DNA of 55,323 nt, counting the filler, from Catajapyx aquilonaris (taxonomy: Eukaryota), in assembly GCA_000934665.2 (NCBI GenBank). It is 3 parts of 3 records of this genome, joined end to end, with 100 filler letters (N's around TTAATTAATTAA, not from the genome) between each part and the next. Parts side by side here need not be neighbours in the genome. Positions count along the whole stretch, not along the records: positions 18,484 to 36,863 come from KZ539581.1; 2 more parts are not named here. One strand, given 5' to 3'. The notes under the pieces were generated by a model that was not told the DNA's origin, ran no database searches, and was given only the letters and a program-made list of their open reading frames with translations. Positions 23,879 through 36,512 of this stretch are shown here, one piece after another. Each line of letters starts with the position of its first letter. The stretch's first letter is position 1. The position numbers and the translations under genes are program-made.

Positions 23879-26800
23879 ATGAAGGGCGCAACCAGAATGA
23901 AGCCAGTTACGATTGAGGACAGTGGGAAGGAGGACGCTGCAGTAGAGGATTCGGCGTTAAAGAAGCCTGGCTTAGATGATAGTTCCAAGCCTTCATGCCT
24001 CAGTGACAATCCTGGCAAGACTACCACTACAGTGAGTTCCAAATCAGACTCTGCGGGAGATTCCGAGCCACAGGCGACTGGAGCAACTGAATGGAAGATA
24101 GGTGACCTTGTTTGGGCGCACATGCACAGTTATCCATATTGGGCTGCAGTTGTGGTAGAAGATTCCAAAGTGGGTTTGTTTCGTCGTGGCCAACCTGGAA
24201 CATCTCAGATTCATGTGCATTTTCTTGGACCTGATGCAGAACATGCCTGGGTAAGGGAATCGGGCCTGATGGAGTATAAAGGCGCATTCCAATTCCAGAA
24301 AGACAGAGACGAAGTGGCTGCAGGTAAGAGGAAAGGACCAGATGGAAAAGCAATCTCGGCAGCTCCATTCCGAGTGGCTAACAAACTATTATTCAAGTGG
24401 AATGAAGCTGTGAGGGACGCAGTACAGATAAGGAATGTTGATATGGAGCATAGGTTGGCATTTTGTGCTGAGAGGGAGGCAAATGTGCTAGATTGGCATA
24501 GCACTTCCAAAGCATCCCAAAAAGGAAGACAGAAGAAAGCTGCATCACCCAAGACTGGTGGCAGACGAAGGAAAGTTGCTCAGATGCAAGAAGACAACTT
24601 GAATCCTAATGGTCAGGTTGACACAGTGGAAATCAATGTTGAGAAGCTAAAAGAAAGTTCTGAATCAAATGCAGCTTCAGTGGATGAGACATCCTCCAAA
24701 AGCTGTTCGTCTCCAGCTGTTCAAGGCGACGCAAGTGACAAAGATGCTAGTACAAGTAAACCTGTAAAACCGAAACGGGACCCGATTAAGCAACCAACAA
24801 AAGCCACACTTGCAAGGGCATACCGGTTGTTCATTGAATTGCAGGGCAAACCCTTTCTGGAGGAGTTTCCAGAGGTTGGGCCCAATCCAAAGGAGCTTGA
24901 AAGACATCTCCTTAGAGATTGGGATTGCATGGGAGAATTTCACCAGATGGAGTATGTGTATAAGGATCACCTGAGAAGAGAAGAAAAAAAAAGGTTGAAA
25001 CTAGAGGCAAAGCTAGAGGCACAAAAAAGAAGAGAGATGCGGGAAAGCATGCGGGCAAGTAAGCTGGCAAGTAAGCAAGCAAGTAAGCGGGCAGGTGCAA
25101 AGAAAGGGAGGAAGAGAAAGTATAGCAGCAGTAGTGATAGTGATGATGATCAGGAAGAACTGGGGAGTAATAGGGAGGAAGCCCCTAAGCTCAGGCCAAA
25201 AAGAATGCGAGGGCCACCGAAACAACAAGAAGAATGTAGTGAAGGAGACGATGACAAGAAAGATGAAAATTTGGATGTAGCATACGAAGAAGAAAGGCAG
25301 GACGTGAAGGAAACCAAGATCAGGCGTAAGAGGGGAAATCCACCTAAACTGCAGGAACATGGGCGTGAACAAGACCAGAAGCGAGATGAAAAGATGGAGG
25401 CTGATGAAAAGATGGAGGGAGATAATGAAGACGAGGAAAGGGAGGAGATGAAGGAAACTAAGATCAGGCGTAAGAAGGGAGGAAATTCACCTAAACTGCA
25501 GCAACATGGGCGTGAAGAAGACAAGAAGCGTGATGAAAAGATGGAGGGAGATAATGAAGACNNNNNNNNNNNNNNNNNNNNNNNNNNNNNNNNNNNNNNN
25601 NNNNNNNNNNNNNNNNNNNNNNNNNNNNNNNNNNNNNNNNNNNNNNNNNNNNNNNNNNNNNNNNNNNNNNNNNNNNNNNNNNNNNNNNNNNNNNNNNNNN
25701 NNNNNNNNNNNNNNNNNNNNNNNNNNNNNNNNNNNNNNNNNNNNNNNNNNNNNNNNNNNNNNNNNNNNNNNNNNNNNNNNNNNNNNNNNNNNNNNNNNNN
25801 NNNNNNNNNNNNNNNNNNNNNNNNNNNNNGTGAAGAAGACAAGAAGCGAGATGAAAAGATGGAGGGAGATAATGAAGACGAGGGAAGGGAGGAGGTGAAG
25901 GAAACTAAGATCAGGCGTAAGAAGGGAGGAAATCCACCTAAACTGCAGCAACATGGGCGTGAAGAAGACAAGAAGCGAGATGAAAAGATGGAGGTAGATA
26001 ATGAAGAGGACAGGCAGGTGGAGGATGAAGCAAGCGTACATGAAGATGAGAGCCATCATGAGAAAGGCTACGGTTGCCAGGAAGCGACCTTTCCTATGAT
26101 GAACTGGGGCAAGCTGCCGCTGTACTGCTTTCCCTGCCATATATGCAAGAAAGGTGGTGAGTAGTATTCATCTACACTTAGGTGGTTATTTGAATCCAAG
26201 GTAAAATACATGTGGTAGATCAGAAAACTGGGATTTATTTGAGGGAGTAGTTCACAGAGGTTGCTGATGAGGGATATGCTAGTCAGTTTATTGTGGCTTT
26301 TCTTTAAAGGAAGGGTTCATTCATTGCAGGTTGGGGTCTAAAGATTAGAAAAGACACTTTTAAAATATGTGGTTAGGTTTGGTAGCAAACATAGCATAAA
26401 TGTAAAATTTCAAGTCAAAGTTGGTTTCCTATGACATCATTGCCAATCCTGTAACTTCCTTGCGGCACATAAGGAAGCTGGTTGGGATTGCAGGCAAGAT
26501 GGCCTGGCGAGGCAAAAGTGGTGCAGGCCAATTGCCCATCCCAACCCGCCAACGAGCCAAATTTTGATGGCTCAGCTTTGGAATTTGTGGCCATAGGTAG
26601 CAAACTTGTGTCCAGTGTGATGCAACGTGAAATTATAAAATGGCTCCTTTGATAAGCCAACCTTGTGGCCTTCGAGTTAGATGGGTTACCATGAGCTAAG
26701 CAAGCTATCCTGGGAAGGCAATATTGCACATCTAATACTGCTATTAAACATAGTGAAACCTAGCTACATTGGCTTACATCATCAAATTCATAAACTGACC

Positions 26801-29800
26801 ACATACTTGGAATCAGAGTATTTCTGATCTTTGGAGCCCAACTTCAAATGACTGAACCCTACCTATAAGGTTTATTAAAAAATTTCCTTGTAACGTTGAT
26901 TGCATAGATGACTTCCTTCAGGCCAAGAATTACAAATGCAGGTGGGACCCTTTTTATGCCAGTAATTGGTTCCAGCAACACTGCACAGTGTCCAAATGCG
27001 GGGATGCTTGGGGAAAAATTGCTTCCACTCCAAGCGTATTTATCACAACACAGTCATGATATTTCTCTGATTTTTACGACGAAAAGTAGTGAATTTAGCA
27101 TAATTTGACTTCGAATGACACACCAAATGATCGACTCGACTCCACAGTTATAGATTCACTTAGTTTTAAGTACAGACAATTATATCTTGGCAGGGTAGCA
27201 TGATACTGCCTCCTTTTTGAGAAAATGTGCAGTTATGTGCACATGAAGATGAAGTGAACATATAACTAGGGAATCGAGTCGTTCATTTGGTGTGACTCAA
27301 AGTGAAATTTTGTGAAATCTGCTACATTTTGTCTTAGAAATGATAAGAATGTCTTGACAAATGCGAGTAATGAAAGCAGCAACAAAAGAACGACTGGCAC
27401 CTACATGTAGAGGTCAGGGTCAAATTGATACATAACAGTAAGAAGTACTTCGGCAGAGAAATGTTATCCATGGCTTGAAATCCAAATGAGGCTCGGAAAT
27501 GCGGTGACCTTTCTTCCATGACCATTCGAAGCTGACCGAATAGACTCGACTTGAGTGTCTGCTTGGCATAAAACCCATCTCAACTAAACCTCCCAAAGGG
27601 ATTTTTATTATTGTTCAGACGTTACTTTCTTACTTTACGGCATATTTGACACGATTCTGCCAATTTGGTTTTTCCATTTTTGCCCAAGCATTCTTGCTTT
27701 TGGACACACTGTGCAGTGGCTTAAAACAGGCCCCCACCGGTGTATTTTTAGATCCTGCCATACTGTACCCCAAAAAACAAAAGAGGCTCCTATACTAGAG
27801 TGTTTTTGGGCAAAGTGTTGCAGCATTGTTCTTATGTTTATAATGTTGCTATTTTCAAATTTTTCTTTTGATAAACTTGGCTGGAACCTGACTAACCCCT
27901 TGCCCTTGACAATAATACTGGGCCTCAAGCAGTTTATGGGGACCTAATAAAAGCAACATAGTATTTAACGGAAGAGAAGCACTGCCCATATTAATATTGC
28001 TATAATTAATGGATTAGTACCAGTAACTGACCCATTACTCAGGATACTTTTGCAGGATGAATAAGACTTATATTTCAGTGGTTTTGATGGAAGTTTTCCA
28101 AAGAATGGTGATTGGAACAAAAGTCATGGAATTTATTTTTTAATTTGCCCACCTGCACCTTTACATTAATGAACTTAATCTTGGAATCGTCTTGTAGCTT
28201 TGATCACCTTCTATCAGTTATGATATAAATATGATGCAGACATAACAAAGGTTATGAAGAAACAAGGAGCGCAACACTCCCTTCCTCTCCCAGTCACATG
28301 AAACAATGTGAAAGATGAATATGTGACAAATAAATGGTATAAATCAGTGATCTTACCTCATCAGCAATGAGGCGGGAATGGGAAGTATGCAGCGTGCATT
28401 GCATTCACTTGACCTCAGTCCTTGTGATATTGACAACTTTCTCAAAATAAAAGCATTTCACAAGCATGTCGAAACTGCTAAGAAATTGTAATGAAAAATT
28501 TGTGCCATGGCTCAATCGAACCCTCCCATATTACATGTTGCTTTATGTGATAATTCTTATGTTTAAAAACGACAGGTAATCTGACGTTTACATGCCATCT
28601 TTGCAGTGAGGCGCGATGGTGATATCTGGCAGTGCAAGGGCGGTTGTCAGAATTATTTCCACCCATCTTGTCTGGGGAACACCAATGCCAGTGAGAAAGC
28701 AGACTTTCAGTGTGTAGAGTGTCGTACCAACTCGCACCCCTGTTTCGTTTGTGAGAAAAGAGAAGGTGATGCCAAACCTGTTCGCTGCTCATTGGAGAAA
28801 TGCGGGCGGTACTATCATGAGAAATGCTTGTCATCATCAGAGTGGCCACAGGAACGGCCTGGTGGAGTCTGTCCATTGCATGTATGCCGTACATGCTCAG
28901 TTGAGGATCGTGGGAGGAAACCAACCATGTGTGATGTTGGGAAGTCAATCATTCAGTGTGTGCAGTGTCCAACTGCATACCATGCAGATGCTCGTTGCCT
29001 AGCAGCTGGTTCCGTGCCCATTACTTCATGGCATATTTTGTGTCCAAGGCATATACGGGAGGTTGAAGATGGAAAGCCGAAGTCTCGCAGATCTCTTGTT
29101 AAGGCCAATTGGTGCCACCGATGCTCAAAAGATGGTCACTTGGAGTACTGTAAAAGATGTCCTGTTGCTTTCCATGCTGGCTGCGTGGGCATTAAGAATT
29201 CATTAGACAGCTTTATTTGTAAGGATTGCCATGTACAGAAAGTCTACGTGCATGGTGATGTGGTGTGGGGCAAAGTGGGTAACTACAGATGGTGGCCAGC
29301 GAGGATCATGACCCCCGACCAGATTCCAGCTAGGATCATGGCTCTGGAGCATGGTGTGGGAGACTTTGCTGTGGAGTTCTTTGGAACACATGATTTCTCC
29401 TGGCTCACCCGTGAAAGAGTCTTCTTGTACAAGGATGGAGTGAGTATTGTAAAATATCTATACCTAACCTTAAAGTCCTTAAAGCCAAAAATAAATTTGA
29501 AGCTAGTTATTTGAAATTGCAGTGAAATAAAATCTGGATGGAGGGCTAATATTATGGGAAGCTGTTGTTCCTACTAATAAGGGCCGGTTTCACCGAGCTC
29601 AGTATATGATAAAACCAGGGTTCTTTCTCAAAATCCCTATCTATTTGTATGGGATTTTCCTAAAGAAACCTGGTTTTATCATATACCAAGCTCGGTGAAA
29701 CCGGCCCTAAGTTAACAGAAGGATTTGGTCTTTGGGCAAGTTGGGCCCCAAAGTCAGAAAATAAATCAAGACATTTCAGATAATTATGTTGTCAGCTTTG

Positions 29801-32800
29801 GTAGCAAATGTAATATGAGTATAAAATTTCAAGAAAAGGGAAATTTTTAATCGAAACATTGACCATCACTTTCAATAACCCTTTTTAAAACATAGATACT
29901 GATGGTGCATCTTAGAAAATTTAAACCTTGAATGGTGTACATATTTGCTGAAATAAATTGCCTAAGTCACTACATGAAAAAATGCATGGGAAAGTTGATG
30001 TATCTGGGGTGTAATTTATTCGGGTAAACCAGCTACCCTCGGGCATCACCGCCTCGGTTGATTAATCCACTACCAGAGCAACAGGATGTGTAGCCAGGCC
30101 GAGAAGTGTGGGCTACTCTTTACTACGGGGGTATGGGAATTTCCCCATAAGGGGGATGCCAGATGAGGGTTGAGGGGGTGGTTTGCCCAAGGTTTGGTTC
30201 ACATCGAGCACCATGGAGTACTAGGTGTGGTCTATGCAGCGGTGAAATACTTTTGACTTTTCATAAGTAAATGAGTTGGAGGGATTTCATCTGGGGTCTT
30301 GGGACTGAGAGACTTACTTGCTATCAATGAGCTATGCCAGTCATGATTCTGCTGGTGTTTGCTAAATGTGCTCCCCTATTTGTTCGTGGAATATTAAATG
30401 AGGGCCGTCCTAAAATGATTTGCAATTTATTTTTTCGGCACATACCCTTGCAGATAGGCAGATAAGCGCACATTATCGATAGAATCTTCTGGGAGCAGAA
30501 GGCACAGGAGTCATGGGTGTGTCAACCTTGCCAGACCCTCCAGAAACCACGTTTTGGTGGTGCGGTGCACCCGCACAACTGCTTGTAGTCAACACGGTCA
30601 TGGAAATGGGGTCGGCGAAGTGTTTTTTTCATGGATCTGAACAGGTGAAAGTCCTAGGGGGAGTATAGCAGGTGTGGAAGCACCTAAACCTGGATCCATG
30701 AAAAACTCCTTCCCTGACTCCATTTGGATGACATTGTTTAACTGTGAACTGTTGTCCAGGAGTAGCCGTGCCAAAGCGTGGTTCCTGGAGTGTCTGGAGA
30801 GGTTGACGCACCCATGACTCCTCTGCATTCGGCTCCAGGAGGATTCTGTCGATAGTGTGTGCCTATTTGCCGACCTGCATGGGCCCTGTATTTTCGGCAA
30901 AAAAATAAATTGTAAATCATTTTGGTACTGCCCTCGTAGTTCAGAGCTGTTTTGTTCTGATATCCCCTTTGACTGAGACCAGATTCAAGAATATAGGGCT
31001 TGATCAGGCGATGCCTTCTCTTGTTAGTGTACCAATCAAAATAGGTGCTCTACAGATTCATGCTTACATGCTAAGTTTCCTTCATGTTGAATTTTTAATT
31101 TTAATTCTTTGTGTTGAATTGCATTTGATTTGTTTCTTACTGATGGGGGAGGCTCAACTTGTCAAAATAAATTTGATCATTTAAGATGTGGAATAGCATA
31201 CAATTCCTTTCAAAGCTGTGGTGTGTAAGGAATTGTGGACTTATGCAGGTTGGTTGTGGTTGTAGGATCGTGCTGAAGTATTCCAGTTAATAAAGTAGAG
31301 TAATTTAACCATGCGTTCATTTTTATTGCAAATGATATGGCTAACTATTTGGTCATTTGGATTGGAGATAGCCAAGGAATATATTTTACTTTTAAACTTC
31401 TGCATGTTTAAACAAATGGCATTTTTCAGTTAAAAATTGTGAGCAGTAGAAAGCACGTGTTATTGATGGTTCACAAGATCGTTTTTAGAGATGTGACAAG
31501 CTAACAAATATTTTATAAGCGTAATTGTTGCAGAAGTCAAGAAAATAACATCATTACATGCTCTTTGTAAATTCTGCAAGAAATCCGCAGAGAAGGAACG
31601 TGGATGTGTTAGTTTTAATGAAGGGCTTTCCATAACATATAGCACTATTTCTGACTATTGATTTGATTAAATATACCCCTGTGGCAATAATACAAGGGTG
31701 GATCAAATGAAAATGAGAAAAGTGAAACTTTATTTACTGACAGTTTGGGATGTTGCTTGAGATGAACAGTTTCAAACTCCTGTCACATACAGGGTGGTCC
31801 AACTTCAAGTGTCGTTTTATAACGGCGATTAATACGAGCAGTGATTTTGCGATGACGTAGCAGCGACGTGTAAAATTTCCCACTTCAGCGCCATCGAAAA
31901 TATTAGCTGCCAATAGCAGCACACATGTAATCAACCCTGCTGCTGGGTTGACCTGGAAAAAAGGAGGTGCACACATGACCTGCGATGCGCCTGGGTGAAA
32001 TGGGTGACGCCCAAGGCACCAGATGGACCATGGACCTGTAATGCAAGGGGGAAGCCTGCAAACGAAACACAGCTAATATTTTCGATGGCGCCGAAGTGGG
32101 CCATTTTACACGTCGCTGCTACGATAATCGTAAAGCACTTCTATTAATAGCCGTTATAAAACGACACTTGAAGTTTGACCACCCTGTATAGGGACTCAGA
32201 AAGTTTGCTGATATATGGAGTTTTCGTACAGTAGCTCGGCAAAGATGGCCTCCCCTTCAAGTGTGTACCAAGGAGGAAAAGAGACATGATACCTGGTTTT
32301 GGCCAAGGAACGGACAAAAACCATTGAAATGTATTGGCAAATGAAGGCACAACACAAATGTCCATGAAACTTGTAGTTACTTGCCTAAGAGTCTGTGGTG
32401 CAAAATATTTCAGAAATGTGAAGGTATTCGGACAGATCCACCAAAGCCAGGCCAATCAAGTGGAGTTTTGATGTGGAATTTTTTACAGCACTAGTAGACA
32501 TGACTGCAACACTTATGGTAGATATGCAGAGTGTTCCAAGTTCATGGGGCCTTTTATAATAGTTATAGCTATATGAAATTTTGCTCAAAGCGGTTATTTT
32601 TTGCAGCTTGTTGCATCCCTAACCAGGTGAGCCACCGCTACATTCGACCACCTGATAGTACAGTGTTCGACATTAATTGCGTCATATTGCTAGTGACATT
32701 TTCCGAAGAGGCAGAAGAACAAATCGAAGCAATGCAAGCCGTGCAAGCAAGATTCGTTCTTCTGCCTCTTCGGAAAATGTCGCTAGCAATATGACGCAAT

Positions 32801-33556
32801 TAATGTCCAACACTGTACTGAGGCACCTGGATTGGGGCACAACATGCTATACAAAAAGTTACTACTTCAGATGATATTAGTAATAACTAAATATGACCCA
32901 TGAACTTGGAACACCCTGCACACTGTTTGTACATTCTCCATGACATTTTGTTGAGTTTTGTTTCTGGTATGTACAAAACCAAATAACACCATCCTCGTGA
33001 TGAATGTCTGAAGGGGAGCCACCATCTTTTCTTTAAACAGATATGCTGTGTGACTCACACTTCACTAGTCAACAAACTATGTTCTTACAAGTGCCACATG
33101 AATCAATAACTTATCTTATTACACTTAAAACATCCCACAAAATTTTTTGTTAAATATTAGTAGCATTTTTCTCTTGTTCATAAAAGATCTTCGCTCTTCA
33201 TAGTGCATGCCGCCATCTTTACACAGCTGCTGTGCGACTCTTCCTGTACCTATCCACGAAGTCCTTCAAGTTATGAGTACCACAAGAACTTGCAATTGAT
33301 ACATTTTATGGCAAAATTCTTGTTTTCATTTGATCAAGCTATGTAAACAATTGATTATGAATGTGTCAGGTTATGGATTTATATGGGCACAATGAATTTA
33401 TCATGTGGGGTTACTCTAATAATTATTCTCATTTCCAAACAGGACACTGGAAGCAAAACTTCAACTCCCCGTCGCTCCTCCTTGGAAAGCTCCTATCAAC
33501 GTGCCCTGGCAGAAGCACAAGAGGCACACAAGGAGCAGAAGGGACGTCTGGTGTAG
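23879..33556 (+). CDS. NSD: NSD/MES-4-family chromatin protein (PWWP1, HMG-like region, charged repeats, PHD1-4, PWWP2) lacking AWS/SET/post-SET
   Basis: Coding exons 23879-26156, 28607-29439 and 33443-33556. GT-AG junctions are phase compatible (G|TG joins CHICKKG to VRRDGDIWQCKGGC; GGA|GAC). Motifs: WKIGDLVWAHMHSYPYW, four PHD fingers in NSD order, VWGKVGNYRWWPA...VEFFGTHDFSW, and the closing helix YQRALAEA followed by TAG. Confidence 0.85.
25305..26010 (+). repeat. Coding minisatellite, 129-bp (43-aa) unit, partly in an assembly gap
   Basis: Unit KETKIRRKKGGNPPKLQQHGREEDKKRDEKMEGDNEDEGREEV. Copies at 25830 and 25959 are 129 bp apart. N gap at 25562-25829. Confidence 0.9.
27060..27341. repeat. 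Degenerate inverted repeat (old MITE) in NSD intron
   Basis: CACACCAAATGATCGACTCGACTCC versus GGAATCGAGTCGTTCATTTGGTGTG, with weaker flanking symmetry. Confidence 0.55.
29581..29707. mobile_element. PIF/Harbinger (Tourist-like) MITE, 127 bp
   Basis: TAA|GGGCCGGTTTCACCGAGCT...AGCTCGGTGAAACCGGCCC|TAA. Almost the whole element is one hairpin. Confidence 0.9.
30399..30936. mobile_element. Mariner-like MITE with long degenerate TIRs
   Basis: GAGGGC...GCCCTCG|TA, with ~190-bp imperfect inverted arms (30400-30595 versus 30735-30935). Confidence 0.7.
31790..32186. mobile_element. Tc1/mariner-type MITE
   Basis: TA|CAGGGTGGTCCAACTTCAAGTGTCGTTTTATAACGGC...GCCGTTATAAAACGACACTTGAAGTTTGACCACCCTG|TA, with ~130-bp TIRs. 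Confidence 0.9.
32527..32918. mobile_element. Foldback MITE (Tc1/mariner-like ends)
   Basis: CAGAGTGTTCCAAGTTCATGGG / CCCATGAACTTGGAACACCCTG. The central ~62-bp arms (32658-32720 versus 32755-32819) are nearly perfect. Confidence 0.85.
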
Positions 33557-33640
33557 GAGGCCAAGAACTCACCGAAGCCCTCCCCGAAGTAGGAATAGTT
33601 AACAGTATTTGACCTTATCATCACATCATTGTTTAGGTGT

Positions 33641-34190
33641 GAAAGGTCACTTGTGTATACGGACAATGATCATTCATTAGATCTAGTTTCTTTGGGTTTA
33701 ATACGTCACTTGTGTATACGGACAATGCTCATTCATGAAATGTGGATAGAAAATAGTTTCTTTGCATTTAAGAGGTGAAGTTTTTGTACGGGAAATGATT
33801 GTCCGTAGTAATGTATTTTCCTTAAGGATCCATTGGTTCTCATAAGAATAGTGTCTTGATGTTTAAAAGGTCACTTGTGTGTACGGACAATGCTCATTCA
33901 TTAGATCGAGTTTCTTTGGGTTTAAAACGTCACTTGTGTATACGGACACTGCTCATTCATGAAATGTGGATAGAAAATAGTTTCTTTGCATTTAAGAGGT
34001 GAAGTTTTTGTACGGGAAATGATTGTCCGTAGTAATGTATTTTCCTTAAGGATCCATTGGTTCTCATAAGAATAGTGTCTTAATGTTTAAAAGGTCACTT
34101 GTGTATACGGACAATGGTCATTCATTAGATGTTCATTAAAAATCGTTTCTTTATGTTTAAATGATGACTTGTGTATACAGATAATGAATT
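33641..34190 (+). repeat. Higher-order tandem repeat (~225-bp unit built from ~58-bp subunits) in the putative NSD 3' UTR
   Basis: GTCACTTGTGTATACGGACAATG recurs 5-6 times. 33641-33865 is nearly identical to 33866-34090. Confidence 0.85.
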
Positions 34191-34947
34191 GTCTTGGTGG
34201 AAGCACAAGAAGTGGGAGAAACAATGTCTCGGGTAGGAGGCCCAAGAATTGCTGTGTATATCTGATGCAGCCAATCCTCCATGCTCCACCAATTCACAAA
34301 GTGTTTGTTGTTATGAGTACCACATGTATGTGTAACTTAAACAACATCTGAGATAAAAATTGTAATAAATTTATGAATTTTCTTTCTCCTATTTATGAGC
34401 TCTCCACACTCCTTGTGCATGACTGAAGTCATGCCAACATCTTGACACAGCTGCTGTCTGACACCCTGTCCACAACTTGCTTGAAGTTATGAGTACAACG
34501 AGAGTCCCCAACTGTCCTCGAGTGGCATCCCAAGCAGCCAATTTAAAAAATAATAATGGCAAAATTTTCAGTCAAGCTATGTACAGTAATATTGATTGCA
34601 CTGTGTAACATGTTTTTTGCCCTTAGGAATTAACCAAATTTTTCCTCAAAAGTTTAGAATGTAGCAACTGTTTGCCTAAAACTTTTTATTGATCAGGTTA
34701 TTGATATTTTGAAATTTCCCTATTTTCAATTTAAAAAGTGACAATTTTTTGCTCTATTCTTGATTGCAAAAAATTTTAGCGACTTCTAACCATTAACGTA
34801 TTCGTAGCATATCTTTGAAACCTTCAGAAAGGCTACCTTTGTGACATGATTATGTACATGATCTTACACTTGCAAACCATCCCCAAAATGTAATCGCCTA
34901 TTATTCTTTCATTGTGTTGTCCCTGGTAGTGGTATTTGTTTTCTTAA

Positions 34948-35407
34948 CCCTTAACTACGTAGGTAGGCAAAACACCTTTAACTACGTAGGTGGAGCCTAA
35001 AAGGCTCCAACGGTATATTTAAATCTCGGCTTATCAACTAAATTGTTATATTGGACTTTTCACATACAGAAAGTGCAGTTCAGATCATTAGGCTTCCGAA
35101 AACGTAAAAATCACACTGAGTCAGCATATTCCGATAGGGAAAAAATTTTAATTAAAAGGTTACATCATGTTGGAGCCACTCAGGCTTCATCTACGAGATA
35201 AGAGACTACGAGATTGGGACCTGTTCCTCGTTACGAATTTTTTTCAACCAAACAATAGGGACTACAAATTTTTTTCTTTCATTTTCATGCTTAGGAAGGT
35301 TTTTCTGACGAAGTCACGGAAGGACAGGGAAAAACAAGTCAATGAAAAAGTTAGATGCGTTTAAATAGTGGTTGGAGCCTCTCAGGCTCCACCTACGTAG
35401 TTAAGGG
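34948..35407. mobile_element. piggyBac-type MITE
   Basis: TTAA|CCCTTAACTACGTAGGT...ACCTACGTAGTTAAGGG|TTAC, with GGAGCC-N-GGCTCC subterminal palindromes. Confidence 0.75.
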
Positions 35408-35704
35408 TTACGGGCCTGCTGATAGTTACCGTAAGACTTTTTGCCATTTTGGATGCTGAACAATTTCAGGACGATCATACACTACAAGCAAAATGCAGTA
35501 TTTTAGAGGCCTCCAGAAGAAATGATTATTTGGGCATTGAAAAAAATATCTTTAAAAGTAGAATAGGACAACAATGGGAAAAACTTGGGTGTGGGAGAGT
35601 TCGTTAGATTTAGTTAGGACATAACATGAATGCTTCTTTTGTGGCTTAGCTTGTTTATCAATTGTCATTACAATTATTTTGGTATTCCAAAACATAGAAT
35701 TGTT

Positions 35705-36512
35705 TTAGATGACATCGTTTCCTCTCAATATAAGTAAATTTTCCCTGGATATGCTGCTGGCATGGGCTGTCAGACAGAGAAGGTCGTCTTCTGACATGGC
35801 AAAATGCATAATTTTGCTCAAGTTGGGGCAAATGTCAAGAATATGTTTCCATGATTCCACCGATACATATATTTTCTGTTGATAAATAATAGCCTGTAGT
35901 AAAATCTAACTGTACAGAGTAAACATAATTCATCTTGTTATTACTGGACTTACTTGCATGAAAGTGATGCAACGCAGGTTCGGCATTCTTTGTCCCATAA
36001 GGCTCTCTATGAAGCCGGAGATGTTGAACATACCAGTTTTAATCCTCTCATTCTCAGCATATAAGCGGCCACCCAATCGCAAATTTGTAATTCTGTCAGC
36101 ACAGTTGGGAAAGAAAACTGGCAATGTTATTTCAATGTCCCATCTGAAAATAAGACACAACATGATCAAGTAAAGTTGCATTAATTTCAATTTGTTGTGG
36201 GTTGAACACTAGCAGTACCTTATTGCCATCGAGTAAGGCACCCTGAGTTTAAATTAGTTAATGGCAACTTACTCATATCCGTGAAGATCCAGCTCCTCTA
36301 ATTGTCCGAATATGATATGCTGGGGATTTGGCTTCTGGTATTCTTCCTCCTGAGTTTCATGAGTATGTTCAGGTCCCATATAATAGCAGGTGAACTTGGT
36401 CAGGAACGGGCAGTATTTTCCAATCATTCTCATGTCATTTGAATCCGGAAGAGCTTCCAGGAGATAGATATTTCTTTCCGGTATACTTAAGAGGAGCTTC
36501 GTCAGGTACATG
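35705..36512 (-). CDS. 3' exons of a leucine-rich-repeat (F-box/LRR-like) protein, 5'-partial
   Basis: Exons at ~36512-36273, ~36143-35955 and 35893-35705, with GTAAGT donors and AG acceptors. Cys-containing LRR motifs IGKYCPFLTKF, FGQLEELDLHG, RMPNLRCITF and ILDICPNLSKI. Stop at 35705-35707. Confidence 0.6.

Noticed and set aside
25013..26140. Long minus-strand Ser/Phe/Leu-rich ORFs
   Set aside because: Antisense shadows of the purine-rich NSD coding repeat, extended through N runs.
33641..34190. Regularly spaced ~23-bp repeats resembling a CRISPR array
   Set aside because: The intervening sequences are themselves repeated, the context is eukaryotic, and there are no cas genes.
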